From the NCBI GenBank assembly GCA_035492595.1, contig DATJJA010000127.1, forward strand, positions 32,838-96,837: a DNA stretch of 64,000 bases, read 5' to 3'. Position 1 is the stretch's first letter, and each line of letters begins with the position of its first letter. The translations under genes and the position numbers were made by a program. Below are positions 1 to 10,400 of this stretch, piece by piece. The notes under the pieces are model-generated. The model searched no databases. It was not told the origin of the DNA and saw nothing but the letters and a program-made list of their open reading frames with translations. The stretch is from Puia sp. Lineage in GTDB: Bacteria; Bacteroidota; Bacteroidia; Chitinophagales; Chitinophagaceae.

Positions 1-1
1 T

Positions 2-1579
2 GTGGATGGGAACGGGCTGGATGATCTTGTCATGGGTGGAGCGCCGGGGCAGGCGACGCAGCTGTTCCTGCAACAGGCGAATGGGAGATTCGTCCAGCGG
101 GCCTTGCTTCCGGGTGACAGTGCCGGCGCCAAGCTGGAGGAGGACATGGGGATGTTATTGTTTGACGCGGATGGAGACGGGGATCTGGATCTGTATATCG
201 CCAGTGGGGGGTATGGCAGTAGTCCGCAGAAGGCTGCTTACCAGGATCGTTTGTACCGCAATGATGGGAAAGGCAGTTTCAGGCTGGAAGAGGGCGCTCT
301 GCCGGCTAATCTCAATAGCAAGTGTTGTGTCCGGGCGGCGGACTTTGATCATGACGGCGATCTGGACCTTTTTGTATCCGGCCGGGTTGAGCCGGGACAT
401 TATCCGAAGCCGGTGACGAGCTATCTTTTGCGCAACGACAGTCGTGAAGGGAGGATAAAGTTCACCGATGTAACGACGTCTGTGGCGAAAGACCTGGTGA
501 ATATCGGTTTGGTATGTGATGGGCTCTGGACGGATATGGACAATGATGGCTGGCCGGACCTGGTGCTGGCTGGAGAATGGATGCCGGTGACTTTTCTGCA
601 CAACGACAAGGGGATCTTCCGGAATATTACTTCGTTTACGGGTGTCAGTGACCATATAGGTTGGTGGAACAGCATCGTGGCAGGAGATTTCGACAAAGAT
701 GGGGACATGGACTATATAGTGGGGAATATGGGGCAGAACTCTTACTATAAGGCGAGCGCTGCATATCCGGTCAGGGTCTATGGCGGGGACTTTGACAAGA
801 ATGGCATTTACGATATGATCCCTTCATTGTATTTACCTGACCGGGAAGGGAAGATGGTGGAATTCCCTGCTGAATCGAGGGATGATATGTTACGTCAGAT
901 AACTGTGCTTCGGAAGAAATTCCCGGACTATAAATCTTATGCGGTGGCTACGATGGATGTGGTGCTGGGGCCGGAGGAGCGGAAGGGTGCATTGGTTGTT
1001 GCGGCTACTGATTTCCGGAGCTGTCTGCTGAGGAATGAGGGCGGGGGGCGTTTCACCCTGGTGGCCTTACCTATGCAGGCGCAGTTGTCTTCCATCAATG
1101 GGATGCTGGCGGAAGACGTCGATGGGGATGGGCAGCTGGATGTCGTAATAAGCGGGAATGACTATGGGACGGAACCTTCGGTTGGGCGTTACGATGCATT
1201 GAACGGGCTTGTGCTGAAAGGGGATGGGAAGGGTGGATTCCAGCCTTTGTCGATCTTGCAGAGCGGCTTGTATCTGCCTGGGAACCAGAAGTCGTTGGTA
1301 AAGCTGCGGGGGGCAGGCGGAAGCTGTCTGGTAGCAGCGGGGCAGAACAGGGGGCCATTGCAGGTATTGAAGCTAAAGATGGAGGTGAGGATGATACCGT
1401 TGGGGGCTGCGGATGTCAGTGCGAAGATCACCTATCGGGATGGGTCGGTGCGTAAGGAGGAATGTGCGTATGGCGCTTCGTTCCTGTCGCAGTCGGGGAG
1501 ATTTATCAATGTGACTGGTCCGGTGGTTTCCGTGGAAATAAAGGATGGGGCGGGGAAAGTAAGAAAGATCTCATTATGA
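2..1579 (+). CDS. FG-GAP/VCBS repeat protein (CRTAC1/ASPIC-UnbV-like), 5' truncated by window edge
   Basis: Repeated DxDxDGDxDL motifs (DADGDGDLDL, DFDHDGDLDL, DFDKDGDMDY, DVDGDGQLDV); C-terminal YGASFLSQS. Confidence 0.8.
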   Translation: MDGNGLDDLVMGGAPGQATQLFLQQANGRFVQRALLPGDSAGAKLEEDMGMLLFDADGDGDLDLYIASGGYGSSPQKAAYQDRLYRNDGKGSFRLEEGALPANLNSKCCVRAADFDHDGDLDLFVSGRVEPGHYPKPVTSYLLRNDSREGRIKFTDVTTSVAKDLVNIGLVCDGLWTDMDNDGWPDLVLAGEWMPVTFLHNDKGIFRNITSFTGVSDHIGWWNSIVAGDFDKDGDMDYIVGNMGQNSYYKASAAYPVRVYGGDFDKNGIYDMIPSLYLPDREGKMVEFPAESRDDMLRQITVLRKKFPDYKSYAVATMDVVLGPEERKGALVVAATDFRSCLLRNEGGGRFTLVALPMQAQLSSINGMLAEDVDGDGQLDVVISGNDYGTEPSVGRYDALNGLVLKGDGKGGFQPLSILQSGLYLPGNQKSLVKLRGAGGSCLVAAGQNRGPLQVLKLKMEVRMIPLGAADVSAKITYRDGSVRKEECAYGASFLSQSGRFINVTGPVVSVEIKDGAGKVRKISL

Positions 1580-3234
1580 TAAAGAGGATTTGTTTTATCG
1601 GTTGGATATTGCTGTTAGCTTATTGTATTTCTGCTTGTAAACATTATCCGCGCAATTTATCGCATGCGCAGGTGTCGACGTCTTCTATCCGGGAGGGGGA
1701 GCGGCTGGCGGCGGTGTATTGCGGGTCCTGTCATTTGTTGCCGGATCCGGCGCTGTTGAATTCCAAAAGCTGGGAGAAGGGAGTATTGCCGCAGATGGGG
1801 CCGCGGCTGGGGATCTTTAATCGTGGTTTTGAGCGTTATCCTTCGAACCGGAATGATGCCAACCTGGATAAGGGGTATTACCCGGCGGCGCCTTTGCTAA
1901 AGCCGGAGGAATGGGAGCATATATTGGATTATTATACGGCGACCTCGCCCGATAGTCTGCCGGGGCAATCGAGGTTGCGGCCGATAGAGAAGCGGGGGCC
2001 AATGGTTGGTGCAACGGCGGGCGGGTCGGGGGGATGGCCGCTGTTTGAAGTGCAGACGCCGGGTTTAAGATATGACATGCCGGCGACCTCAATGGTCAGA
2101 ATTGATAAGCAGGGATTGTTTGTCTTTGATATCCATTATCAAAAGCTGTATCGGTTTTCGCCGGGATTGGAAGTGCTGGATAGTTTAAGGGACGAGGGGG
2201 GAATGGTAGATATGGTGAAGCGGGATAGTGAGTGGGTGGTGAGTAATATAGGAGTGCTGACGCCTACTAACGGGAAGTTTGGGAAATTACAGGTTTTGAG
2301 GACGGTTCCGGCAGCGGGGGGTGGGGCTTTGGCAGCTGGTGGGCCGGTCGGAGGCATCGCTTTGGCAGCGGGCGGTTCGCGATTGTCCCTGGATTCGGTC
2401 CCATTGGCGGCGGGGTTGGAGAGACCGGTGGAGGTGCAGGCGGCGGATCTCAACGGGGATGGCCGGATGGACTACCTGGTCTGTGAGTTTGGAAATCTGG
2501 TAGGGGCCTTGTCCTGGCTGGAGAATAAAGGCAGGGGCGAGTATGAGCGGCATGTTATCCGGGCAACGCCGGGTGCGATAAAGGTTTATGTGAATGACTA
2601 TAACCATGATGGTTTGCCGGATATCTGGGCTTTGTTTGCGCAGGGGGATGAAGGGATATTTCTTTTTACGAATCAGGGGAAGGGGCGGTTCAGCGAACGG
2701 TCTGTATTGCGTTTCCCTCCTTCTTATGGGTCTTCTTATTTTGAGCTGGCGGATCTCAATAAGGATGGGCAGCCGGACATTGTATATACGTGCGGAGACA
2801 ATGCGGATTTCTCTCCCGTGCTGAAGCCTTATCACGGGGTTTATATCTTTTTGAACGATGGGCATAACCAGTTCAGGCAGGATTATTTTTTTCCTATTCA
2901 CGGTTGTTACAAAGCCGTGGCGGGTGACTTCGACGGAGATGGGGATCTGGATCTGGCGACGATTGCTTTCTTTCCCGACTTCAATCATCAGCCGGAGGAA
3001 GGGTTTGTATACCTGGAAAATATTGGGGGTGGGGATTTCAAGCCTTATAGTCTGCCGCAGACCCAGCGGGGTAAGTGGTTGACGATGGATGTGGGGGACG
3101 TAGATGGGGATGGGAGGCTGGATATCGTATTGGGGAATTTTTCTTTTTTTGCGCCTGTTACGAAGGCAGGGGTTGATTTTAAGAAGGAGGCTCCATTCAT
3201 GGTGCTGAGGAATGTAGGGGCGCGGGGGCGTTGA
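1576..3234 (+). CDS. Lipoprotein with N-terminal c-type heme motif and FG-GAP repeats
   Basis: ATG at 1576 overlaps the upstream TGA (ATGA); lipobox-like ISAC; CGSCH; several DxNxDGxxD repeats. Confidence 0.75.
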   Translation: MIKRICFIGWILLLAYCISACKHYPRNLSHAQVSTSSIREGERLAAVYCGSCHLLPDPALLNSKSWEKGVLPQMGPRLGIFNRGFERYPSNRNDANLDKGYYPAAPLLKPEEWEHILDYYTATSPDSLPGQSRLRPIEKRGPMVGATAGGSGGWPLFEVQTPGLRYDMPATSMVRIDKQGLFVFDIHYQKLYRFSPGLEVLDSLRDEGGMVDMVKRDSEWVVSNIGVLTPTNGKFGKLQVLRTVPAAGGGALAAGGPVGGIALAAGGSRLSLDSVPLAAGLERPVEVQAADLNGDGRMDYLVCEFGNLVGALSWLENKGRGEYERHVIRATPGAIKVYVNDYNHDGLPDIWALFAQGDEGIFLFTNQGKGRFSERSVLRFPPSYGSSYFELADLNKDGQPDIVYTCGDNADFSPVLKPYHGVYIFLNDGHNQFRQDYFFPIHGCYKAVAGDFDGDGDLDLATIAFFPDFNHQPEEGFVYLENIGGGDFKPYSLPQTQRGKWLTMDVGDVDGDGRLDIVLGNFSFFAPVTKAGVDFKKEAPFMVLRNVGARGR

Positions 3235-3272
3235 TGAGAGAGTGCGGCTGGCGTTGGCGGGGATAATTCTCC

Positions 3273-3280
3273 TACCTTTG
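3273..3280 (+). promoter_or_regulatory. Bacteroidota -7 promoter element (TAnnTTTG)
   Basis: TACCTTTG 4 nt before the ATG at 3285. Confidence 0.55.
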
Positions 3281-3284
3281 GCCG

Positions 3285-4307
3285 ATGAAAAAATTTGTTC
3301 TCTTTCTGGCTTTTATGGCCGGTAGCATAACCCTTGTATTTGCGTGGGGCGCCTGGGGCCATCAGCATATCAATCGTGCTGCGGTATTTGCTTTGCCTGT
3401 GGAGATGCGTCCATTTTTTTACAATCATATTGATTTTATTACGGAGGAAGCGGTGGTGCCCGATCTGCGGAAGTATACCATCAACGACAGGGCGGAGTTT
3501 CCCCGTCATTATATCGACCTGGAACTGTATAATCCGCAGGGCGATATGACGGGGCTGCCTTCGACGATGAAGGATGCGAAGGCCAGGTACCCGGATAGTG
3601 TGCTGAATAAAGCGGGGACTCTTCCCTGGACGATACTGGAAGTCCTGGATAAGCTGACGGCTGCCTTTCGTTCGAAGAAAAAAACGGAGATACTTTTTCT
3701 GGCGGGCGATCTCGGCCATTATATCGGAGATGCACATATGCCATTGCATACAGCGTTGAATCACGACGGGCAGCTGACCGGTCAGAAGGGGATACATGCT
3801 TTATGGGAAGGGCAATTACCGGAGACTTTTGGAGATGGCTATAATCTTTTTACGGGCGAGGCGAGATATATTACGGACCCTGGCCGGGAGACGCGGGCGA
3901 TGATCGATTCTTCGCACCGGCTTGTCGCGCAGCTGCTGGATGCAGATAAGGAGCTGTCGGCTTCCATGCCCCGGGAGAAGGTTTATATACTGGATTCTTC
4001 GGGGCATATTGTTGTCAACCAGTATGGGGATATGGTGCATGCTGCCGGATATGTAAATATGTTTCATCAGCGTTTGGCCGGGATGATCGAGCAGCAATTA
4101 AGGGGGGCAATAGCGGAGACGTCGGCTTTCTGGTATACGGCCTGGGTAAATGCCGGTAAACCGGATCTTTCGGATCTCGATCCGCCTGCATTGACGAAAA
4201 GGAACCGGAAGGATATGGACAGGGATCTGCGGCGGTGGTCACAGGGAAAGGTGGAGATGGTAAAAGCTTCCGGGGAGTTTGGCAAGTGGGTTGGAACCGG
4301 GCGATAA
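3285..4307 (+). CDS. S1/P1 nuclease / zinc-dependent phospholipase C family protein
   Basis: Signal peptide then AWGAWGH; HYID; LGHYIGDAHMPLH; GIHALWE zinc ligands. Confidence 0.85.
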   Translation: MKKFVLFLAFMAGSITLVFAWGAWGHQHINRAAVFALPVEMRPFFYNHIDFITEEAVVPDLRKYTINDRAEFPRHYIDLELYNPQGDMTGLPSTMKDAKARYPDSVLNKAGTLPWTILEVLDKLTAAFRSKKKTEILFLAGDLGHYIGDAHMPLHTALNHDGQLTGQKGIHALWEGQLPETFGDGYNLFTGEARYITDPGRETRAMIDSSHRLVAQLLDADKELSASMPREKVYILDSSGHIVVNQYGDMVHAAGYVNMFHQRLAGMIEQQLRGAIAETSAFWYTAWVNAGKPDLSDLDPPALTKRNRKDMDRDLRRWSQGKVEMVKASGEFGKWVGTGR

Positions 4308-4341
4308 AAATTAAAAACGTATTAACGATTAAACTTTGGTC

Positions 4342-4773
4342 ATGACAAGTCTTCCATATTGGCTGATATATGCTTTGTTGTCGGCGGTGTTCGCGGCCCT
4401 GACGGCGGTGTTTGCAAAAGCCGGTCTCAAAGATGTGAATTCGGATCTGGCGACGGCGATACGGACGGCGGTGATCTTACTTATCACCTGGGGGATCGTT
4501 TTGTGGCGTGGGAGTGGCAGTGGATGGCGAAATTTGACCCGTTTCAACTGGTTATTTCTGATCTTGTCGGCGATAGCGACCGGATTATCCTGGCTTTTCT
4601 ATTATCGGGCTTTGCAACTGGGGAAGGTATCGGAGGTGAGTGTGATCGACAAGGGGAGTATCGTATTCACCATATTCCTTTCTTTTCTTTTTTTACGGGA
4701 GCCGTTGACGGCGAGGGTGCTGATCGCTGCTGCGATGATCTTTGGAGGCATGCTGGTGCTAATTTGGAAATAG
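4342..4773 (+). CDS. EamA family small membrane transporter
   Basis: ALLSAVFAALTAVFAKAG...SWLFYYRALQLG; five hydrophobic helices. Confidence 0.85.
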   Translation: MTSLPYWLIYALLSAVFAALTAVFAKAGLKDVNSDLATAIRTAVILLITWGIVLWRGSGSGWRNLTRFNWLFLILSAIATGLSWLFYYRALQLGKVSEVSVIDKGSIVFTIFLSFLFLREPLTARVLIAAAMIFGGMLVLIWK

Positions 4774-4837
4774 CATAGTTATTGCAGTGTCATTGCAGTT
4801 TTATTTTGTTGTTATACCTATTTAAAACATAAACACT

Positions 4838-5266
4838 ATGCTAAAACACACGCTGATCAGAAACGCTGTTCTTTTATTTCTGGGGATTTCGGCTATTGGG
4901 ATGGGGTCCTGTACGAAAAAGGTGACCCAGGTGGTTGACCAGGGTTTTTCCGCTATTTACAATGTCAAGGCCAGTGGTTGGCAGTCTAACTCCTCGTCAA
5001 CTTACATCAATTATGAATTCAAGGTTCCGGAGCTGGATCAGTTCATGCTGGATCATGGTGGAGTGATGGTCTACCTTTCGTTCGATGGTGGGGATACTTA
5101 CGAGGCATTGCCCCAGGTTGTTGGGAATGTGGCTTATGGGTCGTATCATTATTTAAACACGGTGGGTATTGATTTGAGCCCTGCGGACAATACCGGAACG
5201 GTGACGGCGCCCGGAACGGATCTGCTTGCGAAGGTCGTATTGCTGGATGCCACGCCACTGGATTAA
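4838..5266 (+). CDS. Hypothetical lipoprotein
   Basis: Signal peptide ending GMGSC; beta-rich domain (GGVMVYLSF...YEALP). Confidence 0.7.
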   Translation: MLKHTLIRNAVLLFLGISAIGMGSCTKKVTQVVDQGFSAIYNVKASGWQSNSSSTYINYEFKVPELDQFMLDHGGVMVYLSFDGGDTYEALPQVVGNVAYGSYHYLNTVGIDLSPADNTGTVTAPGTDLLAKVVLLDATPLD

Positions 5267-5304
5267 GAAAGGCGATTTTTTGGTTTCACTCCTTTTGACC
5301 TGAA

Positions 5305-5419
5305 GACATTATCGAAAATACCCCGGCGTACTTTTTGTGACTCGCCGGGGTCCCCTGAAACGTTAGTTTCAGGACATTATCGAAAATACCCCGGCGTACT
5401 TTTTGTGACTCGCCGGGGT
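5305..5419 (+). repeat. Exact 47-bp direct repeat (5305-5351, 5373-5419) around a CCTGAAAC-GTTA-GTTTCAGG hairpin
   Basis: gacattatcgaaaataccccggcgtactttttgtgactcgccggggt occurs twice. Confidence 0.95.
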
Positions 5420-5426
5420 ATTTTTT
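5383..5426 (+). terminator. Intrinsic terminator (second repeat copy)
   Basis: aaaataccccggcg...cgccggggtatttttt stem plus T-tract downstream of the lipoprotein gene. Confidence 0.75.
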
Positions 5427-5646
5427 ATACGTCATCCGTATAAAAAAAATAAAATCTTTGAAATAGGCGGAAAATCAGGGCCAAACGGGAATAACTTGCT
5501 ATTTTTAAGTACAAGAACTTCGATCGTAATGATGTTATCGACCAAAACCCTTTTGAGACATGCGACAGGCAGCCCGGCCCAGTCCTGGTCTCACTTTTAT
5601 ACGATGTCCTTTCCACCTTTTATTGTCCAATCCCCGATCTCATCTT

Positions 5647-6243
5647 GTGTCTTCTGAGGGTATTCATAACGAAAAAGAGCTGCTGTTGCGGATAGCCCAG
5701 GGGGACAGAGACGCATTTAGGGTGTTGTATACGGCCTATTTCCCTCATGTTCAACAGTATGTGTCCTTGTTTGAGCCTGGCGGGGCGAGTTTGGACGAAT
5801 TGACCCAGGATGTATTCGTACGGATATGGGAGAAAAGAGAGCGTTTGAATGGTGTGGAGTCGTTTAAGAACTATTTGTTCTTAGTGACCCGTAATGTGGT
5901 GTTCAATTTTATCAGGGCTTTAAAGGTACGACACAAAGTTCAGGAGTTGAATGAATCTACGGAGTTGGCTACCAATGAATTAGAACATGAACTACTGTTC
6001 AGGCAGTATTACCGGTTAGCCATCGAAGCGATGGACAAGCTCCCCCCGGGCAGGCGTAAGATATTGAAAATGAGCATTGATGACGGTCTTACGCTGGATG
6101 AGATAGCCATACAGCTGAATATAACCCGCGCCGGAGTAAAAAAGCAATTGTATGCCGCCACTGCATTTGTACGGCAGTATTTGCAGGAATATGGTGAGAT
6201 CACTCTGCTTTTATTTGTTTTTCTTTCTCTTTTTGAATTTTAG
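5647..6243 (+). CDS. ECF RNA polymerase sigma-70 factor
   Basis: EKELLLRIAQGD..AF; QDVFVRIWE; region 4 LPPGRRKIL..EIA; GTG start at 5647 is inferred. Confidence 0.9.
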   Translation: MSSEGIHNEKELLLRIAQGDRDAFRVLYTAYFPHVQQYVSLFEPGGASLDELTQDVFVRIWEKRERLNGVESFKNYLFLVTRNVVFNFIRALKVRHKVQELNESTELATNELEHELLFRQYYRLAIEAMDKLPPGRRKILKMSIDDGLTLDEIAIQLNITRAGVKKQLYAATAFVRQYLQEYGEITLLLFVFLSLFEF

Positions 6244-6310
6244 ACTTTTTTTTTCCGGCGAGGTATCCTCTTTCAATTACGGAGTGTCTTTATAGTAACA
6301 CCTTATTTTT

Positions 6311-7360
6311 ATGAGTTTACAGGAAGCCAAGCAGTTTGTCGCCCAGTTCATCAAAGGAGATTACACTCCTGAAGAATATGCGGCCTTCCTGCGATGGCTG
6401 AAAGGGGCGAATTTAGATGAGTTGAATGAGATAGCGGATGAACATGAGTCGAAGCACGACCAATGGGTAGCCATGGCTGCGGTGCCTTCGTCCGATTGGG
6501 TAAATGGGCTGGAGCAAAAGCTTGACGGTGTGAGAGATGGGAATGGAGCATTGGTCCGGAGGTTTAGTCCGGAGCGGTGGGTGCGTCGGAGGACATGGGT
6601 TGCAGCTGCTTCTGTGATAGTGTTGTTGTCGGCAGGGGTATATATGTTCGTCCGGGAAGAGAGAAAGCCTGCTCAATCGGGAGCTGAAGCCGTGAAAGTT
6701 ACTTTGAATACCTATATGAATCCCCGTGGGGGCGATCAAAAGGAGCTGATACTGGCGGATGGCAGCAAGGTTTGGCTGAATGCTGCGTCTTCGTTGAAGT
6801 TCCCGAATCAGTTCGATGGTCCTGAGAGGGTTGTGGAATTGTCCGGAGAGGCTTTTTTTGAGGTGACAAAGAATTCGAACAAGCCATTCAGGGTTAAGAT
6901 AAAAGATGCAGAGGTTGAAGTTCTGGGTACACATTTCAACGTAATGGCCTATGAGGATGAATCGATTAGCAGGACTACGCTGATAGAAGGCTCGGTGAGG
7001 ATGGAGAGCGGCGCGGCGCCTGTGGTGCTGAAGCCGGGGGAGCAGGCAGAGATACCTTATCCTTCGCCGGGAGTTGTTCCGACGATAAAGGTGGTGCCTG
7101 CGGCGAATACGAGTGCGGTACTGGCCTGGAAGAATGGGCTTTTCCAATTTGACAATGAAGATCTGCATACGGTAATGAGGGCGATCGGAAGGGCATATAA
7201 CGTTGAAGCACAGTTTGATTCGAATGTACCTGAAACAAGGATCTCAGGTGTTTTTCCCCGGCAGCAGAGTTTGGCAACGACATTAAATTTTTTAGAGCAT
7301 TTAAAACTAGGTATACACTTTAAGAACGACGATGGAAAATCAATAAGGGTCACACTTTGA
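6311..7360 (+). CDS. FecR family anti-sigma factor
   Basis: TM helix WVAAASVIVLL; LADGSKVWLNAASSLKFP; VELSGEAFFEV; VLGTHFNV. Confidence 0.93.
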   Translation: MSLQEAKQFVAQFIKGDYTPEEYAAFLRWLKGANLDELNEIADEHESKHDQWVAMAAVPSSDWVNGLEQKLDGVRDGNGALVRRFSPERWVRRRTWVAAASVIVLLSAGVYMFVREERKPAQSGAEAVKVTLNTYMNPRGGDQKELILADGSKVWLNAASSLKFPNQFDGPERVVELSGEAFFEVTKNSNKPFRVKIKDAEVEVLGTHFNVMAYEDESISRTTLIEGSVRMESGAAPVVLKPGEQAEIPYPSPGVVPTIKVVPAANTSAVLAWKNGLFQFDNEDLHTVMRAIGRAYNVEAQFDSNVPETRISGVFPRQQSLATTLNFLEHLKLGIHFKNDDGKSIRVTL

Positions 7361-7395
7361 TATAATATTTTCCATAACCATTGAACCTTTCCGCC

Positions 7396-7474
7396 AGTTA
7401 CAGCCGCGGTCATGGGCAGATAAGAATAAATAAGTATTTATTTTATATCTATTCATGATTTGTAGGCTGTAACT
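7396..7474 (+). other. Long imperfect hairpin between fecR and susC
   Basis: agttacagcc (7396-7405) pairs with ggctgtaact (7465-7474); nested tcatg/catga, agata/tatct and ataaata/tatttat. Confidence 0.65.
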
Positions 7475-7499
7475 TTATTTATTCAAAACGTCTGGCTTA

Positions 7500-10400
7500 A
7501 TGGGTGTACTCAAACTGGCTGTTCCCCTCTTATTGATTGCCTGCTTATTTCAAAGCCTGCCGGCAAATTGCCAGTCCAGTCCCCTTATTACGCTTAAAGA
7601 GATAAATGTTCCTTTACAAAAGGCCCTGGAAGATATTCGTCTGCTGACCGGTTATACTTATGCCGGTGAGGCGACCTGGGTGAAGGCCAGCCATCGGGTG
7701 AGCTTTTCGGTCAGGAAGGCATCGTTAAGACAGGTGCTGGACAGCTGTTTCAAAGATCAGCCATTTACATACGAGATAATTGGGAAAGCAATTTCCATAC
7801 AGGCCCGTCCTCCAAAGGAGCTGGTGGTGCATGGCTGGATCTTTAATGAGAAAAAGGAGCCGTTGGAAGGAGTGACGATACTGGTCAGGGGAGAGCTGTC
7901 TGCGGCGGCGGTTACCAGGGAGAATGGGGAGTTTACTATCCGGACGCGGTTCGAAGACGACAGGCTGCTGATCAGTAGTGTGAATTATGAACCGCAGGAA
8001 CTGCGGCCTGACGACAGTAAGGACATGATGATCTATTTAAGGGAGCGGGTGGGGGAGCTGAGTGATGTAGTTGTGGTGAATAATGGCTACCAGGAAAAAA
8101 GCAGGAAAGGAACTACGGGGGCTTTTGATGTGGTAAATGCTGAGCTGATAGATAGAAGAGTATCGACCAATCTACTGGACAGGATCGATGGGGTGACTAA
8201 TAGCGTACTGTTCAATAAAAATATTGTATCGGGCACGAATCAGTCGGCTATTACGATCCGGGGACGGAGCACCATCTTTGCCAATCCCAATCCGCTGATC
8301 GTCATTGATAACTTCCCGTATAGCGGGGATATCACCAATATCAACCCGGAGGATGTCGAGAGTATAACGGTGCTGAAGGATGCGGCTGCGGCGGCGATCT
8401 GGGGGGCATTTTCGGGGAATGGAGTAATTGTTATTACAACGAAGAAGGGGAAGCTGAATCAACCTGCGAAATGGAGTTTTACGACGAGTCAGACGATAGG
8501 GCAGAAGCCGGATCTTTTTTATCAGCCAATTCTTTCTTCTTCCGATTATATTGATATACAGCAGTTCGTTTATAGAAAGGGTGGGTATAATGGGCAGCTA
8601 AGTAGTTTTCAGCATTTTGCGATATCTCCTGCAGTAGCGATATTCGATGCAACGACAAAGGGGATGATTTTGCCTGCGGATTCGGCGGCCCGGATAAATA
8701 AATTAAAGGGGCAGGATGTTCGCCGTGATCTGAATAAATATTTTTATCAGAACAGTCTGAATAGTCAGTATTCTTTAAATGTAAGTGGTGGCGGGCCCAG
8801 GAATCAGTTCTTCTTATCTGCTGGATATGATGAGAACAAAAGTAATCTGGTCAGGAATCTTTATAAGCGGGTAACATTGTATGGGAATACTACACACCTG
8901 CTTATTCCGGAAAGATTGGAGTTGACCACCGGGATGAGCTTTTCATCCAGTAAAGCCTATCTTAACAATAGCGGGATCGCTGGTGTCAATTACCCCTATG
9001 CGCGATTGGCAGATGGTAACGGTAACCCATTGCCTGTAAATTTCGGATATAAGAATTCTTATATTGACACGGCTGGCGGTGGACAATTACTCGACTGGCA
9101 TTATGTGCCTCTGAATGAACTAAAGAATTCGGACAATACTGTACGGCTGGCCGATTACCGAATTAATTTAGGTCTGCGATACATTATTCGCAAGGGATTG
9201 GATGTCCATTTATATTATCAATATGGTTGGGGTGATTCTATTGGTAATATTTATCAAAACCCGCAGACATATTATACCCGGAACCTGATCAACAGCTACG
9301 CACAATATAGCAATGGCTTATTCACTTTCCCAATACCAATGGGTGGGATACTTGATGAACAGCATAATACTTATACTGCTAATAACGCGAGACTCCAGGT
9401 TAATTATCAGGACTCCCTGTTTCGCCGTGGATTGTTGAATGTTATCGGTGGGGCTGAGGTGCGTGATCTGGAAGGGGAGGGGCATCGTACCCGGTTGTAT
9501 GGATATGAAAATGGGGTGGCAAGTAGTGCAGCATTAGATTATGTTACTTTCTTTCAACAATACCCCGGCAATAATAAGCTGAGGATACCCTATTATGATG
9601 TAAATGAGGCTAACAGTGAACGGTATCTTTCCTATTATGTCAATGCAGATTATACATACCTGGGGCGTTATATTTTTTCAGCCAGTGCCCGTCGGGATGA
9701 ATCAAATCTTTTTGGCGTGAAGGCCAATAATCGGGGAGTACCGTTGTGGTCAGTGGGTGGAGGCTGGGTAATATCAAAAGAAAATTTTTACCACGTAACC
9801 TGGCTGCCTTTTCTCAAGTTGCGTATTACTGATGGGTTTAACGGCAATGTTGATCGAAGCACATCGTCGTTTACAACAGCTTATATTAACCCATTCGGTA
9901 ATTCCTATGGCGCCAGTAGTACTACGATTGCCAATCCGGCTAATCCTTCGCTGCGCTGGGAAAGGATCAATATCTTCGACGCGGGCCTGGATTTTTCTCT
10001 GAGGAAAGATTGGTTAGGCGGCAGTTTCGACTACTATATCAAATCCGGCCAGGACCTGATCGGACAGAGTCCTTTGGACCCCACGGTTGGTCTCACTACA
10101 TTCCGGTCTAATACGGCAAACATGGTGGACCATGGTATAGACCTTACTCTTCATGCCAATAATATGATAGGCCCAATACGATGGAGCAGCGTATTGTTAT
10201 TCAGCTATGTGCAGGACAGGGTGACTGTCTATAAAGAGAAAATAGGACCTGTATCGACGTATTTTCTAACCAATGTTATCAATCCTTTTGTGGGCCGTCC
10301 TCTTTATGCATTGTATGCCCTTCAATGGAAGGGGCTTGACCCTCAAACAGGTGATCCGCAGGGGATGCTGGATGGAAAGGTCAGCAAGGATTATGGGTCG

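Noticed and set aside
5305-5419. Repeat-spacer-repeat as a mini CRISPR array (also 13956-14087)
   Set aside because: Only two copies each, the two loci have different repeats, the spacers are themselves hairpins, and there are no cas genes in the window
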